From positions 40,390 to 104,389 of the forward strand of contig CAWKPA010000001.1 of the NCBI GenBank assembly GCA_963851365.1: DNA of 64,000 nt. The letters are read 5' to 3'. Under the pieces are notes generated by a model, which did not search any database, was not told the DNA's origin, and saw only the letters and a program-made list of their open reading frames with translations. Below are positions 1 through 8,234 of the stretch, piece after piece. Made by a program: the position numbers and the translations under genes. Every line of letters begins with the position of its first letter. Positions within the stretch are counted from its first letter, which is position 1. The stretch comes from an uncultured delta proteobacterium. Lineage in GTDB: Bacteria; Desulfobacterota; Binatia; DP-6.

Positions 1-611
1 GCAGCAACGCCGCGGTGGGCCCATTGCAGTTGCTGGACGTGAACCGCCGCGACTTCGACATCGGCGGCGTCGCCGCGACGGCCAGCGCCGCGCGCAAGTC
101 GGTGCGGGAGCGCGCCTACGAGGCGGTGACGCGCGGGAATCTCCTCGAGAACCGCCTCGCCACGCTCCTCGCCAACCGCCGTCGGCCACCGCGGCAGAGG
201 CCGTTCGCCTTCGACGCGGCCGTCGTCGCGACGCTGATCGAGGCATGGGCGAAACTGCCGGCCGGCGACCCGACCAACCTGGCGTTCGAGGCGGCGATCG
301 AAGCCCTGCACCTCGACGACCGGCAACGCCGGCTGCTCGAGAGCGCCGGCGCGCGCGACCTGCGCGGCATCGCCGAAGCCATCCAGAGCACGCCCGCCAT
401 CGACCGCTACAACTTGCGCGCCGGCGAGCGCCGGCGGATGCAGCCGGAGAGGAAGGGTCCGGCCCCTGCGCCCGTGCGCTGGCCGATTTCGCCACGTGAC
501 GCCGCCGCGATGCGGAAGGCCATCGCCGCCGGCCTCGAGCGCGACCGCTCCGGCGCGCCGGATCAACCCGTGCCGCGCCCACCGGCGCCGCGCTCCCGGC
601 GCCGTCGCTGA
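1..611 (+). CDS. hypothetical protein, 3' portion of a CDS open to the left window edge
   Basis: The frame of ORF 15..611 has no stop codon back to nt 3. Strong GC3 bias. No motif recognised. Arg/Pro-rich C-terminal tail. Confidence 0.4.
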   Translation, partial: SNAAVGPLQLLDVNRRDFDIGGVAATASAARKSVRERAYEAVTRGNLLENRLATLLANRRRPPRQRPFAFDAAVVATLIEAWAKLPAGDPTNLAFEAAIEALHLDDRQRRLLESAGARDLRGIAEAIQSTPAIDRYNLRAGERRRMQPERKGPAPAPVRWPISPRDAAAMRKAIAAGLERDRSGAPDQPVPRPPAPRSRRRR

Positions 612-626
612 GGGCACGCCGCGACC

Positions 627-2267
627 ATGGCCCGACGCCGACAAGTCTTCAACCGCCTCGCGCTCGGACCCGTCGTCGGCCACACCGACGAGACGACGAC
701 GCGCGTCTGGATCCAGGTCTTCGACGACCCGTCGGACTACAGGCTGCGCGTCTACGGCGTCGGCCTCTTCGATTTCCTGAGCACCGAGGGCACCCGCCTC
801 GAGTTCCGTACCGCGATCGCGATGGCCGGCGGGCTGCTGCCGGACACGCGCTACCGCTACAGCGTGGTGCGTCGGGGCCGTGTCATCCCGGGCACTCGCG
901 CCTCGTTCCGGACGATGCCCCCGCGCGGCTCGATGGCGAACCTGCTCTTCTGTGCGATCTCGTGCAGCGAGCACGAGGAGGACGGCGTGTGGGAAGAGCT
1001 CGCCGCGTTCGTGAAGGAGGCCAAGCCGCACTTCATCCTGATGATGGGCGACCAGATCTACGTGGACGAGAACACGCCGAACGTCTTCGCGGAGCACTTC
1101 TCGTCGAGGCCCATCGCGCGCCGGACCGCCCTGGCCGAGAAGTATGCTCTGACGTGGAGCCGCAAGCCGGTCCGCGAGGTGCTCGCGAACGTCCCGTGCT
1201 ACATGATGTGGGACGACCACGACATTCGCGACGGCTGGGGCTCGGTGGCCTCGGACAGTCCCACGCTGCTCGCACGCTTTCCACGCGGCAGGGAGATCTT
1301 CGACAAGGCGAACGCGTTCTTCGAGGACTGCCGTGACGCCTACTGGCACTTCCAGGCGTGCCACAATCCGCTGTTCGTCCCCGACGAGCGACCCCCGAAC
1401 ATCGTCACGGGGCCGCCGGCACCCGGTGAACGACGCGCGATGCCGTTCGCGTTCCGCTGCGGACGGCTCGTGGTGCTCGTGCTCGACAGCCGCGGCGCGC
1501 GCGACGTGTTCCGCCCGGCGGCCGAGATGCCGATCCTCGGCCTCTCGCAGTGGCAGTACATCGCGGACGTCGTCGACAGCCTGGATCCCGAGATCGAGGC
1601 CCTCGCCATCGTCACGCCCACGCCCATCGCCTCGATGGATCCCGACGGCCAGGTCCAACGGGTCTTCGGCGACCGGACCGACGACGTGGAGCAGTTCAAG
1701 AAGGGGAACCCGGATGGGGTCCTGGAGCTGCAGTCGGGCGGCAAGGGCGAAATACCGCTCATGATCGCCAACGCGCACCTCTCGCGGCTCACCGGGATGC
1801 CACTCAACCTGGGGAAGTATCGCCTGGGAAGCATCGACGAGGCGCGCGACCAGTGGTCGCACAAGTTCTCGCGCGGCGAACAGATGGCGCTGCTGCGGCA
1901 GGCCGGGGCGGCGCGGCTCCTGAACGCCGCTCCGGGCCCGGGACGTACCCTGCTGTTCCTCTCGGGAGACATCCACGTCGGCTGCATCTACGACATCACG
2001 TCGCTCAAGCCGCCGTTCAAGGCCGTGTCGCTCACGTCGTCGGGCGTCGGCGCGCTCGAGGACCTGGTCGCCGTGGTCGGCGTGTTCCTCGACGAGAAGG
2101 TGCCCCTCGGCGGGGGGTTCACCTCGACGATGCGCGACGTGGTGCGCTCCTTCAATTTCGGGGTGGTGCAGGTGGTGCCAACCGGCGCCGGCGCGCAGAT
2201 CGCAGCCGCGCTCGCCCACGAGGGCAACGCGTGGTCGGTGGGCGTGGACGCCAAGAGCCTGCTGTGA
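627..2267 (+). CDS. PhoD-like metallophosphatase (alkaline phosphatase D family), apparently cytoplasmic
   Basis: PhoD_N-like start GPVVGHTDETTTRVW. Metallophosphatase motifs MMGDQIYVDE and MMWDDHDIRDGWGS, and a late GDIHVG motif. No signal-peptide h-region after the N-terminal RRR. Confidence 0.8.
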   Translation: MARRRQVFNRLALGPVVGHTDETTTRVWIQVFDDPSDYRLRVYGVGLFDFLSTEGTRLEFRTAIAMAGGLLPDTRYRYSVVRRGRVIPGTRASFRTMPPRGSMANLLFCAISCSEHEEDGVWEELAAFVKEAKPHFILMMGDQIYVDENTPNVFAEHFSSRPIARRTALAEKYALTWSRKPVREVLANVPCYMMWDDHDIRDGWGSVASDSPTLLARFPRGREIFDKANAFFEDCRDAYWHFQACHNPLFVPDERPPNIVTGPPAPGERRAMPFAFRCGRLVVLVLDSRGARDVFRPAAEMPILGLSQWQYIADVVDSLDPEIEALAIVTPTPIASMDPDGQVQRVFGDRTDDVEQFKKGNPDGVLELQSGGKGEIPLMIANAHLSRLTGMPLNLGKYRLGSIDEARDQWSHKFSRGEQMALLRQAGAARLLNAAPGPGRTLLFLSGDIHVGCIYDITSLKPPFKAVSLTSSGVGALEDLVAVVGVFLDEKVPLGGGFTSTMRDVVRSFNFGVVQVVPTGAGAQIAAALAHEGNAWSVGVDAKSLL

Positions 2268-2462
2268 GCGGCGCCTACCCGAGGGTTCCCGTTTCACGCG
2301 GTCCGTGGAGGCCCATCCCGGCGCACGAGCTGCTGGGCCAGCGCCATAGCGTCCGTCCGTCGCAAGTTCGTTGCGCGGGCGGTGTCTGGGCAACCCGCCC
2401 TGGATGAGGCAGTATGCCCGCCCTGCGGTGCGACGCGGTCGCTTGACCCAGGGGAGACTCGA

Positions 2463-3128
2463 ATGGCGGTGACGAACGACGACGCGAAGCGCGCGATCAA
2501 AGCAGTCCTGGACAAATACGGCAGCTACATCAACGCGGGCTACGTGATGGGGATGCGTGGCGTGCCGTCCACCGACATCATCAAGATTCTGCCGGCGGCG
2601 CAGTACCGGCCGCAGTTCGACCAGTACTACCGGTCGTTCTTCGCGCCCACCAACAGCATGGGCCGAACGGAGAAGATGATCCGTATCGCCAAGGCCGACG
2701 CCGAGGTATGCGGTTCGTTCAACTGCCCGGCGTTCTGCTCGCCGGCAGTCCACACCTCGGCGCGCACCATCTACGTGAATGCCGATGAACCCAACACCTA
2801 TGCAACGCTGTGCCACGAGCTCTGCCACTACATCTCGCACGGCAACTTCTATCCCGAGTTCTACGCGATGGGCGGTGCGAACCCCGACATCGTCGAAGGC
2901 GTGACGGAGTATCTGACACGCAACGTCAGCCCCGAGGTCGAGGCAGAGCGCCGGCGGCTCGGGAAGTACCAGAAGCAGTTCGACGCCGTGCAGGGGGCCC
3001 TGATCGCGGGCTCGCAGGGCGAGCAAGACGTGATCAAGTTCGCCTTGCGGGGCGAGTATGTGCCGTTGCTCGGCCTGGGCGGGACACAGTTCGGCGCGGC
3101 GCCTCTCGCGCCCAAGCCGGCGAACTGA
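2463..3128 (+). CDS. hypothetical zincin-like protein (HExxH)
   Basis: ATG at 2463 follows GGGGAG. Motif LCHELCHYISH (HExxH) with a downstream EGVTEY that could supply a third Glu ligand. Codon usage looks less GC3-biased than the neighbouring genes. No signal peptide. Confidence 0.6.
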   Translation: MAVTNDDAKRAIKAVLDKYGSYINAGYVMGMRGVPSTDIIKILPAAQYRPQFDQYYRSFFAPTNSMGRTEKMIRIAKADAEVCGSFNCPAFCSPAVHTSARTIYVNADEPNTYATLCHELCHYISHGNFYPEFYAMGGANPDIVEGVTEYLTRNVSPEVEAERRRLGKYQKQFDAVQGALIAGSQGEQDVIKFALRGEYVPLLGLGGTQFGAAPLAPKPAN

Positions 3129-3197
3129 CGCCGGCCCCGGGGCAATGCCCAGGGCTGGCCCCGTCCGAGAACGCCCTTTCGGTGCCGGCCACCGCAC

Positions 3198-3650
3198 TTA
3201 CCCGCCTGCCATCCGGGAGGTGAAGTCCCAGCTTCGCAGGCGTAGCGGCTCGATCCGGATGGCGACTTCGGTCGCGGCACGCGCCAGCAGCCAACGCCCG
3301 AACTCGCCGTCGACGCCGTCGAGGTAGCGCTGCACGAGCGCGCGCAGCACCGGCTCGCCCTGCGCCGCGTCGATCGTTGCCCGCCCTTGCCCGCGCACGC
3401 CGCGATACGGCATGACGTCCGGCGCGACCTCGAAGCCGCACCGCGGCTCGGCGCGGAGGTAGCGGACGGTCTTGGCGTCGGCCTGCGTGGCGCACCAGAG
3501 GCACCCGTCCCGCCACAGGTACCAGTGCGACGCGACGAGCGGCCATCCCGAGCCCGTCCGGCAGGCGAGCCGCAGCGGGATGCGCTGCTCCTGAAGGAAA
3601 CGGACCACTTCGTCGTGCGACCAGGGTCCGGTGCGACGTGGCATGGTCAT
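3198..3650 (-). CDS. pyridoxamine 5'-phosphate oxidase (PNPOx)-like split-barrel family protein
   Basis: About 150 aa. Pattern WSHDEVVRFLQEQRIPLRLAC...GWPLVASHWY...VRGQGRATI resembles PNPOx/general stress protein 26-like folds. Start taken at the internal MTMPRR; the ORF track extends to 3701. Confidence 0.6.
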   Translation of the reverse strand: MTMPRRTGPWSHDEVVRFLQEQRIPLRLACRTGSGWPLVASHWYLWRDGCLWCATQADAKTVRYLRAEPRCGFEVAPDVMPYRGVRGQGRATIDAAQGEPVLRALVQRYLDGVDGEFGRWLLARAATEVAIRIEPLRLRSWDFTSRMAGG

Positions 3651-3732
3651 GACACGGAGGCGGCGAGCCGGAGCCGGCGCCGATGGTTCGCACGGGTGCA
3701 ATCCCCCGCGCTGACCGTCGTAGCCGGCGCGG

Positions 3733-4947
3733 TCAGTTGTTCAGCGCGCCCTGGAGGATCCAGTCCGAGATGAGCTGGATCTGGGCCGCGGGGAGCCCGC
3801 CGCTGGGCATCCGCCCCCCCTTGAAGCAGGGCCCGGAGCCCAGGAGCTTGAACATCAGGTAGCTGCTCCCCGGCGCGCCCGGCAAGACCCGTTCGTAGCC
3901 CGAGCAATCGCCGCTCGTGACGTTCACGAGCTGGCCGTACGCCGCCCCGGCGGTCAGGTCCAAACCAGCGGCGGGTGAGCGTGCGTCATGGCAGCCCGCG
4001 CAGCTGGCCGTGAAGATGGGCTGCACCTGGGTCGAGAAGCGCACGACCGCCACCGTCGTGCTCGTGGTCGTCGTGGTCGAGGTGGTCGTCGTCGAGGTCG
4101 GCGGTGTCGTCGTGGTCGTGACGGGCACCGTCGTGGTCGTCGTCGAGGTCGGCGGCGTCGTCGTGGTCGTGACGGGCACCGTCGTGGTCGTCGTCGAGGT
4201 CGGCGGCGTCGTCGTGGTCGTGACGGGCACCGTCGTGGTCGTCGTCGAGGTCGGCGGCGTCGTCGTGGTCGTGACGGGCACCGTCGTGGTCGTCGTCGAG
4301 GTCGGCGGCGTCGTCGTGGTGGTCGTCGACACCAGCGTCGTCGTCGTGCTCGAGCCCGGCTGGAGGATGCCCAGCACCGCGGCGACCATCGTGTCGACCA
4401 ACGCCTCGACGGCGGGGGCGTCGCCGATCGTCGTGCAATCCCCCTTGTCCTCCGCCTTGGCGAAGCTCTTCACGAACTTGTCCTCGGCCTTCCCCAGGCA
4501 GAGCGGGTCCACCACGATGCCCTTCGACACGGCCTTGGCGTGGCAGCCGAGCTTGCCCGACGCCTTCTTCCCGGCCGCCTTTTCTTTGGCCGAGGCACAG
4601 GCGTTCGATCCGGGCACGCCGAGGGCATCGGTGGTTTCGGTGACGAACACGGCCACGGCCGCGTCGACCGCCTGGGCATCTCCCGTCCCCTCGCAGCCGC
4701 CCTTGGCCTCGGCCTTCTCGAAGGTCGAGAAGAGCTTGTCGCCTGCCTTGTCCAGACACGCCGAGTCGACGGCCTCGCCCTTGGCCTGCGCCTTGGCCCA
4801 GCACTTGAGGAGGCCAGACGCCTCTTTGCCCGCGGCCTTGATCTTGGACTTCGCACACTTCTGCGCCGGCGTCGGGCCGCCCAGCGCGGAGGTGGCGACG
4901 GCGAGCGCGAGCACGAGGGTGATGGACCGACAGCCGATGGTCGACAT
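3733..4947 (-). CDS. secreted Cys-rich protein with Thr/Pro tandem-repeat linker and C-terminal PSCyt1-like cytochrome c module (CxxCH)
   Basis: Signal-like N-terminus MSTIGCRSITLVLALAVATSALG. Two copies of an ~80-aa four-Cys, Lys/Ala-rich module. About 4.7 copies of the repeat TTTTTPPTSTTTTTVPV. C-terminus FSTQVQPIFTASCAGCHD...VLPGAPGSSYLMFKL...RMP...LISDWILQGA matches the planctomycete cytochrome c (PSCyt1) pattern. Confidence 0.75.
   Translation of the reverse strand: MSTIGCRSITLVLALAVATSALGGPTPAQKCAKSKIKAAGKEASGLLKCWAKAQAKGEAVDSACLDKAGDKLFSTFEKAEAKGGCEGTGDAQAVDAAVAVFVTETTDALGVPGSNACASAKEKAAGKKASGKLGCHAKAVSKGIVVDPLCLGKAEDKFVKSFAKAEDKGDCTTIGDAPAVEALVDTMVAAVLGILQPGSSTTTTLVSTTTTTTPPTSTTTTTVPVTTTTTPPTSTTTTTVPVTTTTTPPTSTTTTTVPVTTTTTPPTSTTTTTVPVTTTTTPPTSTTTTSTTTTTSTTVAVVRFSTQVQPIFTASCAGCHDARSPAAGLDLTAGAAYGQLVNVTSGDCSGYERVLPGAPGSSYLMFKLLGSGPCFKGGRMPSGGLPAAQIQLISDWILQGALNN
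4080..4335. repeat. 51-bp tandem repeat, ~4.7 near-identical copies, in-frame inside CDS 3733..4947
   Basis: Unit starts (gtcgaggtcggcgg...) at 4091, 4142, 4193, 4244 and 4295, an exact 51-nt period. The only difference I saw among full copies is ggcggTgtc in copy 1. Confidence 0.9.
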
Positions 4948-5000
4948 GGCGAGCGCCCAGTACCACAGAAACCTGTCCGGAATGAAGCCGGTCGGGTGGC

Positions 5001-5015
5001 GCACCTGTCAGGTGC
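5001..5015. promoter_or_regulatory. perfect 15-bp palindrome GCACCTG-T-CAGGTGC in the intergenic region (operator or hairpin candidate)
   Basis: Read directly from the sequence. It lies 54 nt upstream of the ATG at 4947 (minus strand) and 87 nt downstream of the stop of CDS 5102..6325. Confidence 0.25.
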
Positions 5016-5036
5016 GCGGTCCCGCCTGCACCGCCT

Positions 5037-5062
5037 CTTCGCACCGCATCTTCGCACCGCAT
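5037..5062. repeat. 13-bp direct repeat x2 (CTTCGCACCGCAT), intergenic
   Basis: Units at 5037-5049 and 5050-5062 are identical. A partial third copy, caccgcct, lies immediately upstream. Confidence 0.8.
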
Positions 5063-5101
5063 CCTGGCCGCGCGCCTCGGTTGCATCCGCTGCAGCCCGG
5101 T

Positions 5102-6325
5102 TCACCCCGGACGCAAGGCTCGGCGGATCATCCAACGCGTCAGCAGGACGTTCAGCGCGACGGTCGCAATCAGGAACAGCCCGCCGAGGGCCAGGGCGCG
5201 GCGGCCGGATCGTCCTGGCCTCTGTTGCCGGCCGAGTCCGGACACCCGACGCCCGTTGACGAAGACGTCGCCGGTCAGGCGGATGCCGCCGTGATTGTCG
5301 ATCGCCAGCAGCTCGCGGGTGTCGTCGTGGCTCACCACCCGGAGCCCGCCGTCGCCCAGCCGCAGCGACAGCCAGTGCCGCGGGTCCTCCAGCTTCGGCC
5401 ACCGGAGCCCGCCATAGATCTCGCCGGAGCGGCCCTCGTTCAGCAGCATCCCCGTCCCGATGCCTTCGGTGCGCGCGTTGACGAAGCCCTGGGTGAAGAG
5501 CGGCTTGCGAAAGTCCAGACCCATCAACGAGGCGGGGAAGTCCGCGACGATCATCCGTCCCGCGTCGGGCCGGATGCTGTTCTGGGCATACAGGATGCTC
5601 TCGAACTGACCCCGCCGATGTTCGGGCTCGCGATCGAACCCCTGGCAGATGACCGACAGCGCCTGCCCGTTCGGGTTGCCGAACCCGACCACCTGCACGC
5701 CATGCTTCGCCTTGTTCGGGAACGACCCGGGCTTGCCGCCGTTCAACACGTCGACTTCGAGCCCGGTGAGCTGCGCGTCGAACTCCGGGCCGCATCCGCG
5801 GTCGATCCCGAGCGGCAGGGCTTCGGCGAAGACCGACTTCGGCCCGCAGTCCGACCGGGCGGAGACGAAGGCGCCCCACGCGTTCGCACCGTCGACCAGC
5901 GCGACGCCGTCTCCCCAGAACGGGATCGCGTTCGCGCCCGCCGTGGCGTTCAGGACCTCGCTCAGAAGGCTCTGCGAGTGGTTGTGACCCTCGCGGTAGT
6001 TGTCCGGCGTCTGCTTGGCGGGGTCGAACCGCTCGGTCGGGGAACCGTCCCAGCGCGTCCAGCGATCGGAGGGGAGCAGCGTGTCGCTGAACGTGAGATT
6101 GGCCCGCAGCGGCGTGCTCAGGTGGTTGTACTGCGGCACGATCCCGCGCCGCCGCGGCGAGTTGCCGCGCACGACGAGCGTCTCGTCGGGGCGAACGACG
6201 ACATCCCGGCCGGGCAGGAGCTCCTCCAACCCATGCGCGCGCGACGCCCCCGGCAGCACGCCCACCATGCAGGGCGCGATGCCCACGACCAGCCGGAACC
6301 CGATCCGCATTGCGGCACGCATCAT
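5102..6325 (-). CDS. hypothetical exported protein with C-terminal transmembrane anchor
   Basis: N-terminal signal-like MMRAAMRIGFRLVVGIAPCMVGVLPGASRAHG. C-terminal helix ALALGGLFLIATVALNVLL followed by basic residues. Strong GC3 bias. No family recognised. Confidence 0.6.
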   Translation of the reverse strand: MMRAAMRIGFRLVVGIAPCMVGVLPGASRAHGLEELLPGRDVVVRPDETLVVRGNSPRRRGIVPQYNHLSTPLRANLTFSDTLLPSDRWTRWDGSPTERFDPAKQTPDNYREGHNHSQSLLSEVLNATAGANAIPFWGDGVALVDGANAWGAFVSARSDCGPKSVFAEALPLGIDRGCGPEFDAQLTGLEVDVLNGGKPGSFPNKAKHGVQVVGFGNPNGQALSVICQGFDREPEHRRGQFESILYAQNSIRPDAGRMIVADFPASLMGLDFRKPLFTQGFVNARTEGIGTGMLLNEGRSGEIYGGLRWPKLEDPRHWLSLRLGDGGLRVVSHDDTRELLAIDNHGGIRLTGDVFVNGRRVSGLGRQQRPGRSGRRALALGGLFLIATVALNVLLTRWMIRRALRPG

Positions 6326-6594
6326 TGCCCCCCCGCCGGCTCCGTGCCGGCCACCATGAGGTCTCCGATGCGTGCTCGGCCGTCGGGACGCAAGCGCGCG
6401 TTCGCTTCACGCCCGTCCGTGGCAGCGCTCGACCCCATGACCGCGCGCATCGCCATCCTCGGCGCCGGCCCCGCCGGTGTCCCCCGCGAGGCCAAAGCCC
6501 GCGCGCAGGACCCGAGACACCCCGACCGCCCCGGAACGGGGCCGCGCTCGGGACACGAGACGCACCGGCTGGTCGCGGCGGGTGATCGAGCTCG

Positions 6595-7731
6595 TCAGTC
6601 GCGCACGAGGATGTGCGCGGCGCACACGCTGCCGCCGCCCATCATGTGGCACAGCCCGGCGCGCGCGTTCGGCACCTGCCGCTTGCCCGCCTCGCCGCGC
6701 AGCTGCAGCGTGGTTTCCCACACCTGCGCCAGTCCGGTCGGCCCGCCCGGGTGGCCACGCGCGATCAGCCCGCCGTCGGTCGAGAACGGCACCCGGCCGC
6801 CGGGGCCGAAGTCGCCGCGCTCGATGCACGCCTCGGCCTCACCCTCGCCGCAAAAGCCGAGCAACTCGTAGTACTCGAGCTCCTCGATGGCGAAGGCGTC
6901 GTGCACCTGCACCAGCTGGATGTCCTTCGGGCCGAAGCCGGCCTGCTCGTAGAGGTCCTTCGCCGCCACCCGGCTCATCTGCGCCGGGCCCACCACCGGG
7001 CCCATGAAGAGGTGCCCGCGTTCATAGACCTCGCTGCCGAGGTGCGAGGCGGCGATCCGGATCACGGGCCGATCCGGTTGAAACTTCTTCGCGAGGTCGG
7101 CGCGGCACAGCACCACCGCCGCCGCCCCGTCGCCGATCGGGCACGACATCATGGCGGTCAGCGGCCACGACACCATGCGGGCGCCCAGCACCTTCTCGAC
7201 GGTGACCGGCTCCTTCGCCTGGCGCTGGCTCATCGGATTGAGCGCGCCGTAGTTCCAGTTCTTGGCGGCGATGGCGGCGAGGTGCTCGGCCTTGGTGCCC
7301 CGCTCGTGCATGCGGCGCGTGGCCCACATGGCGAAGAACGCCGCCGGCAGGATGGCCTCGTCCATGTCCTGCGGATTCGGCGCCGAGCCCATCACCATGG
7401 TCATCTTGTCGAAGCCGACCACCAGCGCGGTGTCGTAGTGTCCGCCCGCGATGGCGAGATAGGCCTCGCGCATGGCGCAGGTGCCGGTGGCCGACGCGTT
7501 CTCCACGCGCTGGACCGGCACGCCGGTCATGCCGATCTCCTTCACCATGCGGACGCCGGCCATGGGGGGCAGGAAGAGCTGCCCCACGTAGACCGCGTCG
7601 ATGTCGGTGAAGGGCACGCCCGCGTCGTCGAGGGCGGCGAGGCCGGCATCGCGGCCCAGGAGACTGTGATGGGTGTCGGAATACAGCCCGAAGCGGATCA
7701 TCCCGACGCCGAGAATCGCGACGTTTTCCAT
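6595..7731 (-). CDS. thiolase-family protein (SCP-x/acetyl-CoA acetyltransferase-like, the type that pairs with DUF35)
   Basis: Begins MENVAILGVGMIRFG. Contains VENASATG and a C-terminal GHPGGPTGL...GGGSVCAAHIL, typical of thiolases. ATG at 7729-7731. The 1566-aa track ORF is an upstream read-through of this frame. Confidence 0.85.
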   Translation of the reverse strand: MENVAILGVGMIRFGLYSDTHHSLLGRDAGLAALDDAGVPFTDIDAVYVGQLFLPPMAGVRMVKEIGMTGVPVQRVENASATGTCAMREAYLAIAGGHYDTALVVGFDKMTMVMGSAPNPQDMDEAILPAAFFAMWATRRMHERGTKAEHLAAIAAKNWNYGALNPMSQRQAKEPVTVEKVLGARMVSWPLTAMMSCPIGDGAAAVVLCRADLAKKFQPDRPVIRIAASHLGSEVYERGHLFMGPVVGPAQMSRVAAKDLYEQAGFGPKDIQLVQVHDAFAIEELEYYELLGFCGEGEAEACIERGDFGPGGRVPFSTDGGLIARGHPGGPTGLAQVWETTLQLRGEAGKRQVPNARAGLCHMMGGGSVCAAHILVRD

Positions 7732-7739
7732 GTGCGTGC

Positions 7740-8189
7740 TCAGTGCTCCGCCGGCCGGAACCGGATGATGACGACGTCCTTCCCGTTCTCTTCCCGCAAT
7801 GCTTCCAATTCGCCCACCAGCGGCATGCCGACGCGGAACTCGCCCTGCTTCCCGGCCAGCGGCACCTGCAGCCGCGGGCCTTCCGGCAGGTCGACCTGTC
7901 CCACCCCGTAGCCCTCCATGTGCTCCACCCGCATGGAGCCGAAGAGCGGCATGTGGACGAACGTATAGGCGTAGAGAGTGCCCCGCGCCGGCACCGTGGC
8001 CTCGGCGGTGTTCCGCGACAGGCACTTCGCGCAGACCAACCGCTGCGGGAAGAAGTACTCGCCGCAATCGCCGCACCGGCTGCAGATCACTTCCGGTGGC
8101 GCCGCCGGGTCGTCCGGGATGGTGAAATACCCGGCTTTCAGGGGAACGCGGGGACGAACGTCGGCCATGGCGGGCGGGAAGACTGGCAC
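7740..8189 (-). CDS. Zn-ribbon/OB-fold protein (DUF35 family), thiolase partner
   Basis: Zinc-ribbon motif CSRCGDCGEYFFPQRLVCAKC followed by an OB-fold-like C-terminus. Stop lies 8 nt upstream of the thiolase start. Start is either GTG 8189 or ATG 8168. Confidence 0.8.
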   Translation of the reverse strand: MPVFPPAMADVRPRVPLKAGYFTIPDDPAAPPEVICSRCGDCGEYFFPQRLVCAKCLSRNTAEATVPARGTLYAYTFVHMPLFGSMRVEHMEGYGVGQVDLPEGPRLQVPLAGKQGEFRVGMPLVGELEALREENGKDVVIIRFRPAEH

Positions 8190-8234
8190 GAGGGGGGCGG
8201 CAAAGTCCAGGGACGCGGCGGCGGCCGCCTCCCC

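Noticed and set aside
4080-4335. The 51-bp tandem array as a possible CRISPR or minisatellite locus
   Set aside because: The repeats are contiguous with no spacers, their length is a multiple of 3, and they lie in-frame inside a secreted-protein CDS encoding a Thr/Pro linker. No cas genes are present.
6437-6480. MTARIAILGAGPAGV, a Rossmann/FAD-binding N-terminus-like peptide in the 270-nt spacer; possibly a gene remnant
   Set aside because: Only ~15 aa look protein-like, and none of the three frames continues as a plausible oxidoreductase. Ala/Gly/Pro-rich strings arise easily by chance in GC-rich DNA. A BLASTX of 6326-6594 could revisit this.
3917-6871. 984-aa plus-strand ORF. Similar very long ORFs occur at 15876..19274 (-), 41833..45714 (+), 45426..48893 (+), 4470..6410 (-) and 14360..15961 (-).
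   Set aside because: They run antisense or out of frame to genes with clear family motifs. Their translations are Arg/Ala/Gly/Pro low-complexity, as expected for stop-poor alternative frames in ~70% GC DNA. They contain no recognisable domains.
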